A stretch of DNA of 64,000 nucleotides from Mytilus trossulus (GCF_036588685.1 NC_086373.1:42904001-42968000), one strand, 5' to 3'. Positions 25,945 to 38,817 are shown, counted from the first letter of the stretch. A program made the numbers and translations. Notes: generated by a model from the letters alone, not told the origin.

Positions 25945-28900
25945 CTACTGCATGGGTGCCGTCGGGTGTTCATTTGGCTTAGTTTGATAGGCTGCTTGTT
26001 CGTACGATGGAGGACTGAAAGCAGTATTAGAATATCCCGCCATAGGTTGATCTGCTGGCTGACCGGTTGGATAAGTAGGCTGACCGGCTAGATAAGTTGG
26101 TTGACCGGCTGGGTAAGTAGGATATGTGTACTGTGGTTGATATCCCGGCTGTTGTGGATAGTATGGAGCACTGTAGCCTTGTTGTTGTTGAGCTGTAAAT
26201 CAAACAAGAAAATAATACAATGATTTTAAAATTCTATTAAAAGTACATTATGTGAATTAAGATCGGCATAACTCAGTTGTACGTTGTACTCATTCTAATC
26301 CGTTTTTCGATTGTTTTATACTTTAAAAGCTGATATTATGATTAATTGTATGTTTTACTAGTATAACATATTAGTGTAGCCGTTTGATTCTCCTTTGGGT
26401 GTCGTTTGAGCTTAAATAATTACATATAACATATTAGTGTAGCCGTTTGATTCTCCTTTGGGTGTCGTTTGAGCTTAAATTTATTTTATCAATGTCAAAT
26501 TATTATTAATAATATGCAAACGGTCCTCGGACCATTTAATCATTTCAACATGTTGTCAATAAACAGTAAAAATCACAAAAATACTGATCTCCGAGGAATA
26601 TTCAAAATGGAAAGTCCCTAATCAAACGGTAAAATCAAATGATAAAACACATCAAACGAATGGACAACACCTGTGGTGTTCCTGAATTAGTACAGGCATT
26701 TTCAAATGTAGAAATTGGTGGATTGAACCTGGTTTTGTAGCGCTAAACCTCTCACTTGTATGACGGACACAATAAGTAGAATTGTCAAAACATGAGTACA
26801 GCAATCATCACTGAATTTTCTAAAAAGTTATAATTTCACATGGGGAATGGTGGTATGGCAAGGTTAAAGAATTAAGAGTTTTATTAGAACTAATTTCAGG
26901 ATCTCAAAGAGACCGAGATTTAAAATTATTCAAGAGTCCATATGGTTAATACCACTATGCGAGTAAAATAATTTAGTCAAAATATTTAATAAAGCAAATG
27001 TAAACTGCATTTACGTCTTGACAATTACTTTATATCCCCTTTATTTTTTGAAGACTATAGTGCTCCTACCCATTTTTTTCTTGCGATCAGCGCATCGTAG
27101 AAAACAGGTTATATGATTTTCATTTGAAGTCACATGTCAGCATACAAAATTATATAGTTGCACATGAAATTGGCCAATTCATGATCACTTTATATTATCA
27201 TATATACTACATTATTGATTTTAAATATGAATACTTAATCTAAAGACACTAGTGTTTCTTTATTATAGATAACCGCCTCGGTTGTCTCGCCTAGAGTGTT
27301 TGATGTCGTTGGTTAGAACCCTATGCGGCCTCAAATCAAAGAATTGTAAATTGTAAATTGCTGTTTGTCCGTTAAGCAAGTGACATTTATGACAGTTAGA
27401 GCAAATATGATCGCCTCGCAGTCAGAATAATGTTTCTGGGTATGGTGACATATCTTGCTACAGACTGTTACCATCGTGAACTGTGAAATAGCATGTTGTA
27501 AATCTGGTCTACAATTCGTTCGCTATGCCGTGTCTGTTGTGACGTTTTTTATTTTACTGAACGGAATCTATGTATAACTGGTAAATCATTAAGCTAGAGA
27601 TATCGGTACCACAAATTGCTTAAAACCTTTACTTAATTCTTCAAAAGATATAAAGATTTGGTTGTACTTATTTCGAACGGGATAGCACATTCTCATTTTT
27701 ATTGACATGTTGATTACTGTGCCCGGAGATTTCGAAAAGATCCTTGTAAACTTATCGATCCTTTAAATAAACTTGTTCTCAAAGGTAAATAGTTATCAAC
27801 CAATTCAACACTCTAATGAGATCATTGAATATTGTTTTATTGGCTCTTATATCGATTTTGTTATCAATAAATAAAAAGCAAACGAAAAAATATACAAATA
27901 CATATTCATGGATCTACAGTCTGTTGATACCTGTATCTTGGAATTGCACAAGGTCATATTTTTCTCTGACTATTCACACCGTCTTTCTAATAAATCCATT
28001 GGAAATTGGATGTGTACTGATTGATAATTTAGTCTTAGATTCATGAATTCTTTAATTAGTTATTAGTGGCTTTGAACTATAGCTGTCTGTAACTGTGAGT
28101 ACTCTCAGATCTGTATTTAGTGTTTTATTCTGGTTGGGATACCCAGCCACTGATTTTTATAGATCGTTCTTATGCTGTACTGTCCCAGGTTAGGGGAAGG
28201 GTTGGGATCCCGCTAACATGTTTAACCCCGCCACATGCTGTATTTATGTGCCTGTTTCAAGTCAGGAGCCTGTAATTTAGTGGTTTTCATTTGTTGATGT
28301 GTTACTAATTAGTGTTTCGTTCCTTTTTTGTACAAAATTAGGCCGTTAGTTTTCTTGTTTAAATTGTTTTACGTTTGTCATTTTGTGGCCTCTTATAGCT
28401 GACTTTGTGGTATGGGCTTTGCTCATGGTTGATCTCGGATATACGGTGACCTATAGTTGTGGATAGTTTCTGTGACATTTGGTCTCTTGTGGAAAGTTGT
28501 CTCATTGGAAATCACACCACATCTTTTTTATAAGCAGGATTTATATTTCATATCACATAATCATGATCTTTTTTTTTTGAATATCAAATTATTTGCAATG
28601 TACTGGACGTTGAACAACTATCAATTCATCGTTACTAGAAAACTCTTACTTCCAATAGTAGTAACTGTAGGCATTGATTGACCAGTAGTAAATGTTGACC
28701 CCATGAAAGCTGGACGTCTATTACAGAATCTACACAGCAAAACCATTACCACAATACACACTATGAGGCTGATTCCTCCCCCGACTGCTGATCCAATTAT
28801 TCGTGCGGTGCTCCTGAAATATTGTTCATATTTATTTCATGCTCTATCCGTTTTTTACTTATTATATTGAAAGATGTAGGATTAATTCCCTTGTTTCAAT

Positions 28901-31900
28901 TCACTTGACCATGCAGGGTAGAATCTGCAAGCTATTAAAACCGCCTACTGGAATTTGAATATAAACGAGTCTATGTCATACACTAAGAACATATTTCCAA
29001 AGTTTTACATATTGCTATAAAATAAAATCATTTTAGCACAAGATGTTTACCTTCTTTTACACAGGCACTTGTCTCAGAAAAAAAAATCCTATATACCTTA
29101 TTAAAACACATTTTTTTCAGAGGCAAGTGCCTGTGTTCTTTTATACAAGATAAGAACCCAGACCTTCATCTTTATAAAATATACTAGAACACACCCGTGA
29201 TATCGCGGGTCCGTGACTGATTTAAAGTATGTAACTATGCGCAAGACTTATATTTGTATTAGTATTGTCATCTGATAAAGTCATGCCGATTATAAGATAG
29301 TTTTCACAGTTTTCTCTGCTTTCAAATCATTCTGTTTTAACCCGTCTAACTGGAACTTATCAATTATTGGTAATATTAATTATTTGGAAAACAAAAGGTC
29401 CTGGGATGGAGTATTTTTTTAATCAACAGCATTGTCCTATATTAGTTATAAATTAAAGTTGAATTCTTTGATTCGCTGTTTTACGTCATGCCCGCTAACA
29501 AATTGAAAACTGTACCTATACGCCTTATTTTTAGTATTCGTATTGTTATCTGATTAAAATACTACAATAGGTAACAATTTGACAATTTAGTAGTGTCAAC
29601 CCTATGATTATGACCCGTGTATATAGCATATCCTGAATACACCGTTTGGTGGTGCGCCTGTCAAATACGGAACGTACAGATAAGGTAAGGTAACAGATGA
29701 ATATACTATTGGTATCGGTATCGGACTCGACCCGGAACTTCTTAATTATTGGCAATATTAATTACGTGGATAACAAAAGGGCCGGGAGTGGTGTAATTTT
29801 TAATCTACACCTTTGTACTATATTAGCTATATATAAAGTTGAATTCTTTGATTCGTCGTTTTTACGTGATGACGGCTGACAAATTGGACCTCGTAATTTT
29901 AGTATTATAGATATAACTTTATACAAAAGATCTACGATTTCAAGGTCACCGATGGATTGGCATACATATTTTTCTCATTATGTGACTTTTTTTTTCATCG
30001 AAGAAAGGTGAGTTCGAACGTATTCAAAGACTTATTTGTCACAAATAGAAGGAAATTGTGTAACCAAACTAAACCTCATCACCATTTTCTATAATTAATC
30101 ACCAAATTTCGTTCAGACTAATTCCTCTCGGCGACAAAGTGAATTTAATTTTTTTCGTATTTATTTCTACAAAAATCATTCGAAACAGGGGATAATAAGT
30201 TAACGTGTTAAGATAAAATGTTATAATACTGATATAACTTATATATATCACCAGCTTTTTTTATTTAACGAACTTCGGGAGACGAGCAAACAACTTGATT
30301 TATTCCCTATAATTTGGTCTATGGTTTAGAATAAATATAAGTTAATGTAGCTCCACCTTCAATATTATTTCTACTTTAGAAAAAAAGGCAAACTGTTAGG
30401 AACCACAAAGGACCCCTAATTTGTTTAAAGTAACTTACCAATAATGAGAATAATAATAGTAGTAGTAGCTGTAGCAGTTATTTCCATAGTAACAAGAGGC
30501 TTTACACTGTATCACTGAAATAGAAACGTATTTATAGAAATATAGTTAATAAACAGCTGCGCCATGAGCGCATGATACGCCCGACGTCTTATGTCGAAGT
30601 TATATGCAATAATAATAAATAGTTTCTGAGAAAGTTTTAAGCAATATAAACCATATATAGTTTTTGAGACATTGCGGGAAACCCCCCACCCTGGTTTTTT
30701 TTTTACACAAAAAACTAAATATCACTAAAATAAAATTTTGAATCAAACCCAAAAAGTATACAGATCTTTAGATCAATATAACAAAGAAGTGTAAAGTTTT
30801 AAGGAATAATCATAATTTTTTATAGAGATACGGCACAACATGTAAAAAAAACTCCCCCTTTTTCAAAATACCCAATCAATAAAAAATGAAATTTTGAATC
30901 ATCATCAAAAAGTATACAGATCTTAAGATTGATATAACAAAGACATGTGTAAAGTTTGTAGCAATAATCATAAATCAATTTTGAGATATGGCGCGACATG
31001 TAAAAAAAAACTCCCCCTTTTTTACAAAATACTCAATAACTCAAAAATGAAATTTTGAATCATCACCAAAAAGTATACAGATATTGAGATTATTATAACT
31101 AAGAAGTGTTTAAAGTTTTAAGCCATAATCAAGAATCGTTTTTGAGATACAGTGCGACATGTGAAAAAAACACCCCTGTTTTAGTTACAAAGTGCCGTAA
31201 ATCAAAAAGTTTAAATCTAATTTTCACCAAAAAGTATACAGATCATTTGACTATTACAAGAAACAACTATATTAAGTTTCATGAAATTTGGATAAGTCGT
31301 TCTCAAGTTACGGTGCGACATGTTAACGCCATACAGACAGACGGACAGACAGACAGACGGACGGTACGACAGACGGTACGACGGACGGACGGACGGACAC
31401 CGGACATGTGTATACCATAATACGTCCCGTCAAAATTTTGACGGGCGTATAAAAAGATTTAGGGGCGGGTATAGCGGAAACCCCAACCTACAATTGACAA
31501 CATTCATAATAAAAACAAGTTTACTTATATAAAGTGTGTTTAACAATCATCACGCTGCGCTCGGTTACAACTGTAGTTTTAATCAGTCTTAACCTTTCTT
31601 AAAATCTGTCAGAGAAAAGTTTTAAACACTTCATCTTATTTTAAATAACCATGTTTGACAGCTGTCCTACCCTAAAACAATTTTGGACAGTTTTGTCTTT
31701 AGAAAATCTTGATTTCCATTAATACCGACTTTTTTTCCATATAAACGAAAAATAAAACAAATCTTTGACGTAAATGAATTTAAAAATTATGTATTCTTTG
31801 CCAAAAGCCAAAAGACTTTATCAACGTCTAGAATAGTTATCAAAAGGTACCAGGATCATAATTTAGTACGCCAGACGCGCGTTTCGTCTACATAATACTC

Positions 31901-32719
31901 ATCAGTGACGCTCTTAATCTTATCAAAATATTTATAAAGCCAAACAAGCACAAAGTTGAAGAGCATATATCGGGAACAACTTCCTTATTATATATTGTTA
32001 TGGTCCGGAAATGAAATAAATAATAAATCGATATATTTTATAAACGTGACTATATATTGGTTTCATAACTTTTAAAAATATTACTATTGAAATAATATGA
32101 TATTTTTTTTATAAATATTTTGATTTGGTAAAATCTATCCCCAATCCTATGACACGTACGATCAAAAACAAAGAATTTCTGATTGACTGTTCAATGCGAA
32201 ATTGCTACAACTGATTTAAATTGAATATCACAAGTAATTATTTCGAAATGGGCCGAATGATATAGGTGTTGTCATCGTCGACAGCTATTTATTTTTTTTG
32301 ATGTTTATTATTTTACATTGTATTGTATATGACACTGGAATATTTACTGTAAATGAATGATTGTGTATATGTGAAATATAGTTATAGTCATAATTGTTTA
32401 TTTTGTTGTATGTCACAAACTTAATGTTTAAAGTTTATATGGCAATAAATATTTTGAATTATATGTCTCCATTATTAAAGTATATAAGAAAACAAATAAA
32501 ATAAAATGGCCACAGTGTGTTATTTTTACCTATTTAAATCTCGATTATTATGGCATTTGACACATGAATATATAAAGTTTTAGATGTTTAACAAATTCAT
32601 CTTTTAATGTACAAGGAAATAGTGTTTCATTTGTTCTTACATTTGCCTTAATTAATTAATCTCTACCTACCAGAAGCAAGAAGAGTAAATAAAGATAAAC
32701 AAAATTGTAGGCCTTCCAT
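25945..32719 (-). CDS. CYYR1/Shisa-like Cys/Tyr-rich type I membrane protein, paralogue 3 (178 aa)
   Basis: Exons 32671-32719, 30439-30514, 28650-28813 and 25945-26192, GT-AG, phases 1,2,1 (537 nt). Protein: MEGLQFCLSLFTLLASVIQCKASCYYGNNCYSYYYYYYSHYWSTARIIGSAVGGGISLIVCIVVMVLLCRFCNRR...SPPSYEQA...EHPTAPMQ*. Confidence 0.85.
26362..26480. repeat. Local tandem duplication of ~60 bp in paralogue 3 intron 3
   Basis: TATAACATATTAGTGTAGCCGTTTGATTCTCCTTTGGGTGTCGTTTGAGCTTAAAT occurs twice. Paralogue 2 has one copy at ~12555-12602. Confidence 0.85.
27500..27800 (+). mobile_element. Penelope-like RT C-terminal fragment
   Basis: Degenerate RYRYHKLLKTFT.FFKRYKDL...GIAHSHFY, similar to the reverse complement of 14400-14640. 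Confidence 0.5.
29184..29911 (-). mobile_element. Non-autonomous Helitron
   Basis: On the minus strand it begins TC and ends CTAG, has the sub-terminal hairpin CCCGCGATATCACGGG, and sits between A and T with no TSD. Confidence 0.8.
30552..31455 (-). mobile_element. Helentron/HINE-like element of a different family with ~160-bp tandem repeats and an (ACAG/ACGG)n microsatellite
   Basis: Terminal hairpin ATACGTCCCGTCAAAATTTTGACGGGCGTAT (31420-31450), microsatellite at 31333-31400, repeated AAAAAGTATACAGAT units, and hairpin GCGCCATGAGCGC with sub-terminal ATACGCCCG at the other end. Confidence 0.72.
31868..31911 (-). ncRNA. Minimal type I hammerhead ribozyme, intact core
   Basis: RC: GCGTCA-CTGATGA-GT(ATTATGTAG)AC-GAAA-CGCGCG-TC-TGGCGT. 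Stem I is GCGUCA/UGGCGU, the cleavage triplet is GUC, and helix III is short and palindromic. Confidence 0.75.
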
Positions 32720-33018
32720 TTTGAACAGGAATTTATTGGTAATTGTCTGGTTCACGGATGTATGATTTTAAAAGGCCTATAACAATTGATCAATAGGTCG
32801 ATATTTAAGTACATCTATTAATAAATACCCCTACAATACAGTCTGTAAAGGTATATTCCAAATATGTCTATATGCCGTATTTTATTTGAGATGTCCGAAT
32901 ACTTTGTATGATAAGATAAGATAATATATTTTTTTTTATTTTAATTAATGGGTACATGGAGAGCAAAGTTATATAAACAGATTTATGGGTAAACTGGAGA
33001 AAAAATGTGTAACATTTA

Positions 33019-33167
33019 CTGGCGAGGATCCAGAGGGGGAGGGGGGTTCCGGGGGTTGAACCCCACTTTTTTTGGACGATCAATGCATTTGAATGGGGAC
33101 ATGTAATTTGACCCCCCTTTTGTCCTGGGTTAGGAACCCCTCTTTAAAATAGCTGGATCCGCCCCTG
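33019..33167. mobile_element. Small GC-rich MITE (GGATCC...GGATCCGCCCCTG)
   Basis: Short imperfect TIRs around G/C runs. A related end, GGATCCGCCACTG, is at ~1199-1211. Confidence 0.55.
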
Positions 33168-35262
33168 GTTTAATATTTCAAATTTCAAAATGGGTGTAGT
33201 CTGTTTTTCTTCCCTAATTTATTTAAAAGAATAAAATTTGACCTGTAAGAAACAACACATGGAGTATTCGAAGTTTTAAACTCTGCCTTCAATATTAATA
33301 AAAGTCACCCATCCGTTATCAGGTTATTACCAAAATAAAATCACAAAAATACTGTACTCCGATGAAAATTCAATCGGAAAGTCCCAATCACATGACAAAA
33401 TCAAATGACAAAACACATCAAACGAATGGACAACAACACTTAACTTGAACTATTTTGAAAACAGTCCGACAATGCACAAAAATACTTCCCAACGCAATTT
33501 GGGGCATTTTTCAATTTTTCACATTTTTAAAGTTTTAATGGTAACGGCAGCCATTTTGAATGTTCCACGTCCAATCATTACTTGCCTGTTTAAATTAAAT
33601 CAATTTTCAATAAGTTGTTGGAGATTTTGAAATTTTTTGACATTTTTGTCGTTTCCATGGTAACGGTGTCCCTTTCAAAGTTTTAATAACAGCAGCAACA
33701 TTGATTTATGTCATGTTATATTAGCATCATGCTGTTTCACTCTGTTTCATCTTATATTCCTTAAGAAATTGCGACATTAATGTTTTTTTTTCCATAGGGT
33801 CAGTGTTAAACTTTTCTCCAGTTTTCATGGCAATGACAGCCATTTATTTTTCACCTCCATAATTTGTTTTTCGTTTGAATTTAATTTGTCTCAACTTTTT
33901 ACTGACTCTTTTAAAGACTACACGTACGTTATGTGATTCATTCATTGAAGGAGGCCGTTTGGGGACAACCTACAGGTGCTTGAAGCCGCTTTATTTAGAC
34001 TATCTCATCAGCAAGCATACCATATTTTTGTTCTAAACGTGTTTTCTTTCGTCTATAGCTATATTTGTTATCATAACTCAGTTTGTATTTTCTTCATAAA
34101 TATAGACGAATAAATTTAGAAGATCTACGAAATTGTCCGAAAATGACTATTAGTATTATTCGGTTAATAATTTCACTACTTACTGTATATGAACTTTCTA
34201 CCGAACTGGAAGCAAACATTTTTCCATAAAATACTATTGACCGGTAAATAGTTTAAGAAACTAGTTAGCGATTAAATTCCATTAACAGGAAATATTGAAA
34301 GCAAATGTATACCAGGCTCTAGTGTAAACAGTGTATAACTTGCATGTTTTATTGTATACAGTTTCCCAATTGATTTCTTGAAATATTAAGTAGGGGGATG
34401 TAATTACATGTTTAAAAAATTTTGGGTGCTGAATCTTTATGTTAAGTAGTGATTTGGTCCAGTTCAAAAAGGTCAAATTTTATCACGTCTGAAGCTGTCT
34501 AACTGAATTTTACACCCCCTTAACACAGAATTGTCAATATTTTGAGTTAGAGCTGGTAGAAGTTTCTATAATTTTGATAGTAATTGTCTCACAGGTAGTA
34601 CACTACACTGTAAAAATCTTTTTGAGAAAGAGCAGGTTCGATTTTTTTTAATTTGAATTTATTGTCTAAAACAAATGCACTACGAAATAAATGTGTTCTC
34701 GGGCCTCTTGGCTGTCTTCGCATCGGGAAATAATTTGAGTCTCAGGGGACAATAAATGTCCCCTCACCAATTAAATAAGTGTATAATATTGCTTGAACTT
34801 TTATTCTCGCAGACATTTTACCTAAAGAGCTCGTTACTGTATTAATTATTTTTATTTTCCGATAAAATGCCCTGATTACAAAAATACAAAACTCGAAGGA
34901 AAATTCAAAACGGGAAGCCCTTAACAAAATGGCAAAACCAAAAGCTCAAACACATCAAACGAATAGAAAAGAACTGTGGCTCATAGTCCCTACTTGGTAC
35001 AGACATTTTCCTTATGTAAAAAAATATGAGTTAAGCCAGGTTTTATATCTATCCTAAACCTCTCACTTATGTGTGACAGCCGAACAGATTGGATCAAAAT
35101 AATTTAATGTCTTGATTTTTGTGTGTGTTTTTTTTGTTTATAGACCGTGAAAACTAACACTTTAAAACAATGAATTGAAGTGATCCGTTATGTTTTGCTT
35201 TCAAATAATAATATGCGTATATGGTGTCAGTATACAAAATTAAATATAGTAAATTGTTCAAA

Positions 35263-38200
35263 ATGGCTTCCCAATCGTTGTTGATATTAATATCTGTAGT
35301 GACCATAGGTAATGTATAATTCATATTGTTGTTAACTTTTTAAATAAAAAAAAAAGAAAACAGTTTTTCAAATGAGGTGATTCTCATAGTCAGATATTTT
35401 TTTCATACATTAGAAACATATAAGACATATAATACAAATGTATTATATATATATCATTGGATAAACGATTCTTTTCTACAAACATGTTGACCTATCTAAT
35501 TACTGCTAATGAACATTGTATGAATGAAAATATAATGATTATTAAAATATGTAGTCAGCCTTTACTCTTTCTTCTTCTTTTTTCAGGGCTTTTTGAACTC
35601 GTTGAATCGACTAAACTTGATCCTGAGTAAGTATTTGTATATGAAAAGCTGCAATTTCATGCGTAAGTATGGAATAAAAAGAGACGTAACATATATTATT
35701 CTATTACCTGTTATAAAAAAAAGCGACAGCACTTAAAGTATTAAAAGTCGTAGTGTTGGTAACAGTAGTACAGTATAGGACCGAACCAATTCAAATTGAC
35801 AAATTTGTTTGTCAGGAGTCAGCAGCCTATTGTTCAGTGGTTGTCGTTTGTTGATGTGGGTTATATATCGTTTTCATATAGATAAGACTGTTGGTTTTCC
35901 TGTTTGAATGGCTAGAAATACACCAGTCATGTTGGGGCTTGCTGTTCTGCATGAGCCAATGATTCATATTGGAGGCCTTACTTTTACTTTGACCTATCAA
36001 TGGTTTACTTCTAACACATTGTGACTTGGAGGGATGTTGTCTCATTGGCAGTCATACAGTATTTTATTTCTAAATTGGTTATGTGCAGTGAACTACAGAG
36101 ACATGCGAACATATAAAGAAGTGAAATCAACTGCTTTGGAAATGTAAGTATTCGCTGTTCCTGACTGACCACATGCACACTGTGTAGTCTAGTATTGATA
36201 AATATGAAATCTGCTATGCGAGCAACACACATCAGATTGCTATGCCAGTCCGAAGATTTTGTCCTTCTTGTTGGAACCCAAAGGATATCATCGAGGTGTA
36301 AAAATAGGATAAACCATAGGCTTAAACCATCCGACAGCAAAACCATATAACATGTTAAAGAGGGGGCATCTACTTTGCTTTGAGGAATGTATAAATACTC
36401 AGTCAAGTCTGATCGAAATGGAAACGTTAATTCCAAAACCAATTTAAAAGAAACGGAGTGTCACGTTTCCTTTGTGTGAAATAAAAACTCTTGCAAAGGG
36501 GTGTCTGTAGGTGGCCAAGTTCTCACTATCATACCCTATCAAACAATCCCCAACTTTCAAGTTCATGTCGCAGTCAAAATGCCATACCATACATCCGGCC
36601 GAACATTTTGGGGAACCTATACTTATTGGAATTATTGTAGATGATAATACATGAAATTTTTGCCTCTAGATGTTACATATGCACAAACAACAATCGATTT
36701 TTCATATTGTTGGCTCTTTTTGTGCAACACAAATTAACAAATAGCCTGTAGTGATTTACTTTTTGTCGGGATCAACTAAGTTCTTACTAGTTTCTTAGTA
36801 AAGGGAATGGTCTTATTTCACACAAGTCTACAAGCAGCAAATAAAATTGACAATAGTGTGGGGAATATGTCAAAAGGACAAAACCCGACCAACGAGCAGA
36901 AAACAGCAGAAGATTAAAAATGGGTCTCTAACACAGCAAGAAAATTACGCCCCCGGAGTCGGGCTTCGGCTGGCACTAAAACATGAATACAAACCACCGA
37001 CAAGAGATGCATACTACAAGAAACATCTACATAGAAATTGATATTCAAATTATTAGAGATATATTTAATAAAATATAAAAACCAAAAATAATAAGAAAGA
37101 TATGAATTACTAATATAATACAATATTAGGGACATTTATGCTGCTTTACTATTTGAATTTTTTTTTTTCGTATTTTGATACCAATAAAGCAAAGAAGCCT
37201 CCATTCTTTTTATGAGCAACATAAACTAATCTTTGAAAGACATTAGATTGGTCTATTGAAAGCATCGTCTGATTTCCTATTTATACTTAAGTGTAAGTGT
37301 ACTAAATGCATGTATATACGGTAACTACAGACGGCCTCTATCAAAAGACACTGAAATGTCGTCTAGTAGTTTTATTTATAATCTATAATTTAATTCGAAT
37401 ATGCAAACAATTGTTGTTTTGTTTTTTTTGATAATCATGAAATAATTTCATTTAAATTGATTTTTTCAGTGCTGGTTTGAAATATTATATTATTGGCGGA
37501 ACCGTCTTGGGAATATTCCTAGCCATTGTTGTGATTTCATTGTATGTACTCTGTTGGTGCTGTAGATTACAGAAGCCTAAAGAGGATATGACAGAATTGA
37601 AGACACTAGATGTACGCTCACGTTTTAGTGAGGCAACAACACCAAAACACGCTGTCATTACAAGTAAGACAAATATCATTTCTGTAACTTGTATGGTGTG
37701 TTCGATTGAATAACCTATGTTTAACAGCACTTTCCGCGTTATAATCTATTTCTAGTGGAAGGAAATCGCTTTCTTGGAGAAAATAACTGACCGTCTGCAG
37801 GACACTAACAATCCTGGTATATTAAAGTTGGATTTGAACGTGCTGCCACGTGCGGGGTTCCAATTCCCAGTGTTTTTCACTTATTTTCTTAATTTTGTCT
37901 TGAATCTTTGGCAAACATTATTATCTTTGAAAAAACAACATCAGACCACTTAAAAATTTGTTTGGAAAACTGTACATGAATTTAGGATTGTCATTTTACC
38001 ATCTTTTTTTTCAATTTCGAAGAACCCGTAACGGTGTCTTCCTCCTATTCCCACTTTTTAAAAATACTATTCCTTCTATTCCCACTTGCAAATAACAATA
38101 GATGTTTTGATAAATAATTTGTTTTTATAACAATCAAGGTTAATTAGAATTTCACCTAAGATTTACCTGTATTTAAAAAAAAAAGCATAACATAATTGGT

Positions 38201-38817
38201 ACAATACCTTCTTCACGTGGAATAGATTGACAAACTTTAATAAACTTGTAAACAGTGATTGTCTAAAGTGTGTGCTACAATGTGTGATTTGATTTAGTGC
38301 TATTGTATAATTTGTGTTGCATTATGCTGCTTAAATCTACAGTTGAATTTGTGTTATAAAAGTAATAAGATAATTTACTTATATTTATTTTAATTTCTTT
38401 CATATTTATTTTGTTTAAAAAAACCAGAATTCATACAGATGCAAAAATAACTTTTTACTTGTTCTAATCAAGGATTTGTATAGTTAGAACTATACAAATC
38501 CTTGTTCTAATTAAAAAAAAACACTGGTCAATTAACAGTTGATTAAAAAATGTTTGTACAGTTTAATCCTTTGTTATCACAGATTTTCCTCCTATTCCCA
38601 AGTGAAAACAATATGAAAACAATGAAAATTAGGAAAATATTATAGACTTCATACCATTATATTCTCTCAAAATGTATTAACTTGAATTAAATTGAATTTA
38701 ATATTCATGTATGTTTTAGGTATGGCACCGAGAAGAGATTTCATGAAGAAAGGAGACGACCCATTGCCTTACAAAAAGAAACCCAGACTTTTAAGAAGAG
38801 AAGAAAGTTATGTCTAA
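35263..38817 (+). CDS. Small type I membrane protein (125 aa) with juxtamembrane Cys cluster and C-terminal ESYV
   Basis: Exons 35263-35308, 35587-35626, 37470-37663 and 38720-38817, GT-AG, phases 1,2,1 (378 nt, no internal stop). Protein: MASQSLLILISVVTIGLFELVESTKLDPDAGLKYYIIGGTVLGIFLAIVVISLYVLCWCCRLQKPKEDMTELKTLDVRSRFSEATTPKHAVITSMAPRRDFMKKGDDPLPYKKKPRLLRREESYV*. Confidence 0.75.

Noticed and set aside
36011-36442. 143-aa ORF with LHLDDIL, faintly resembling a DIRS/LTR RT
   Set aside because: The other RT motifs are not convincingly present. Too degenerate to call without a profile search.
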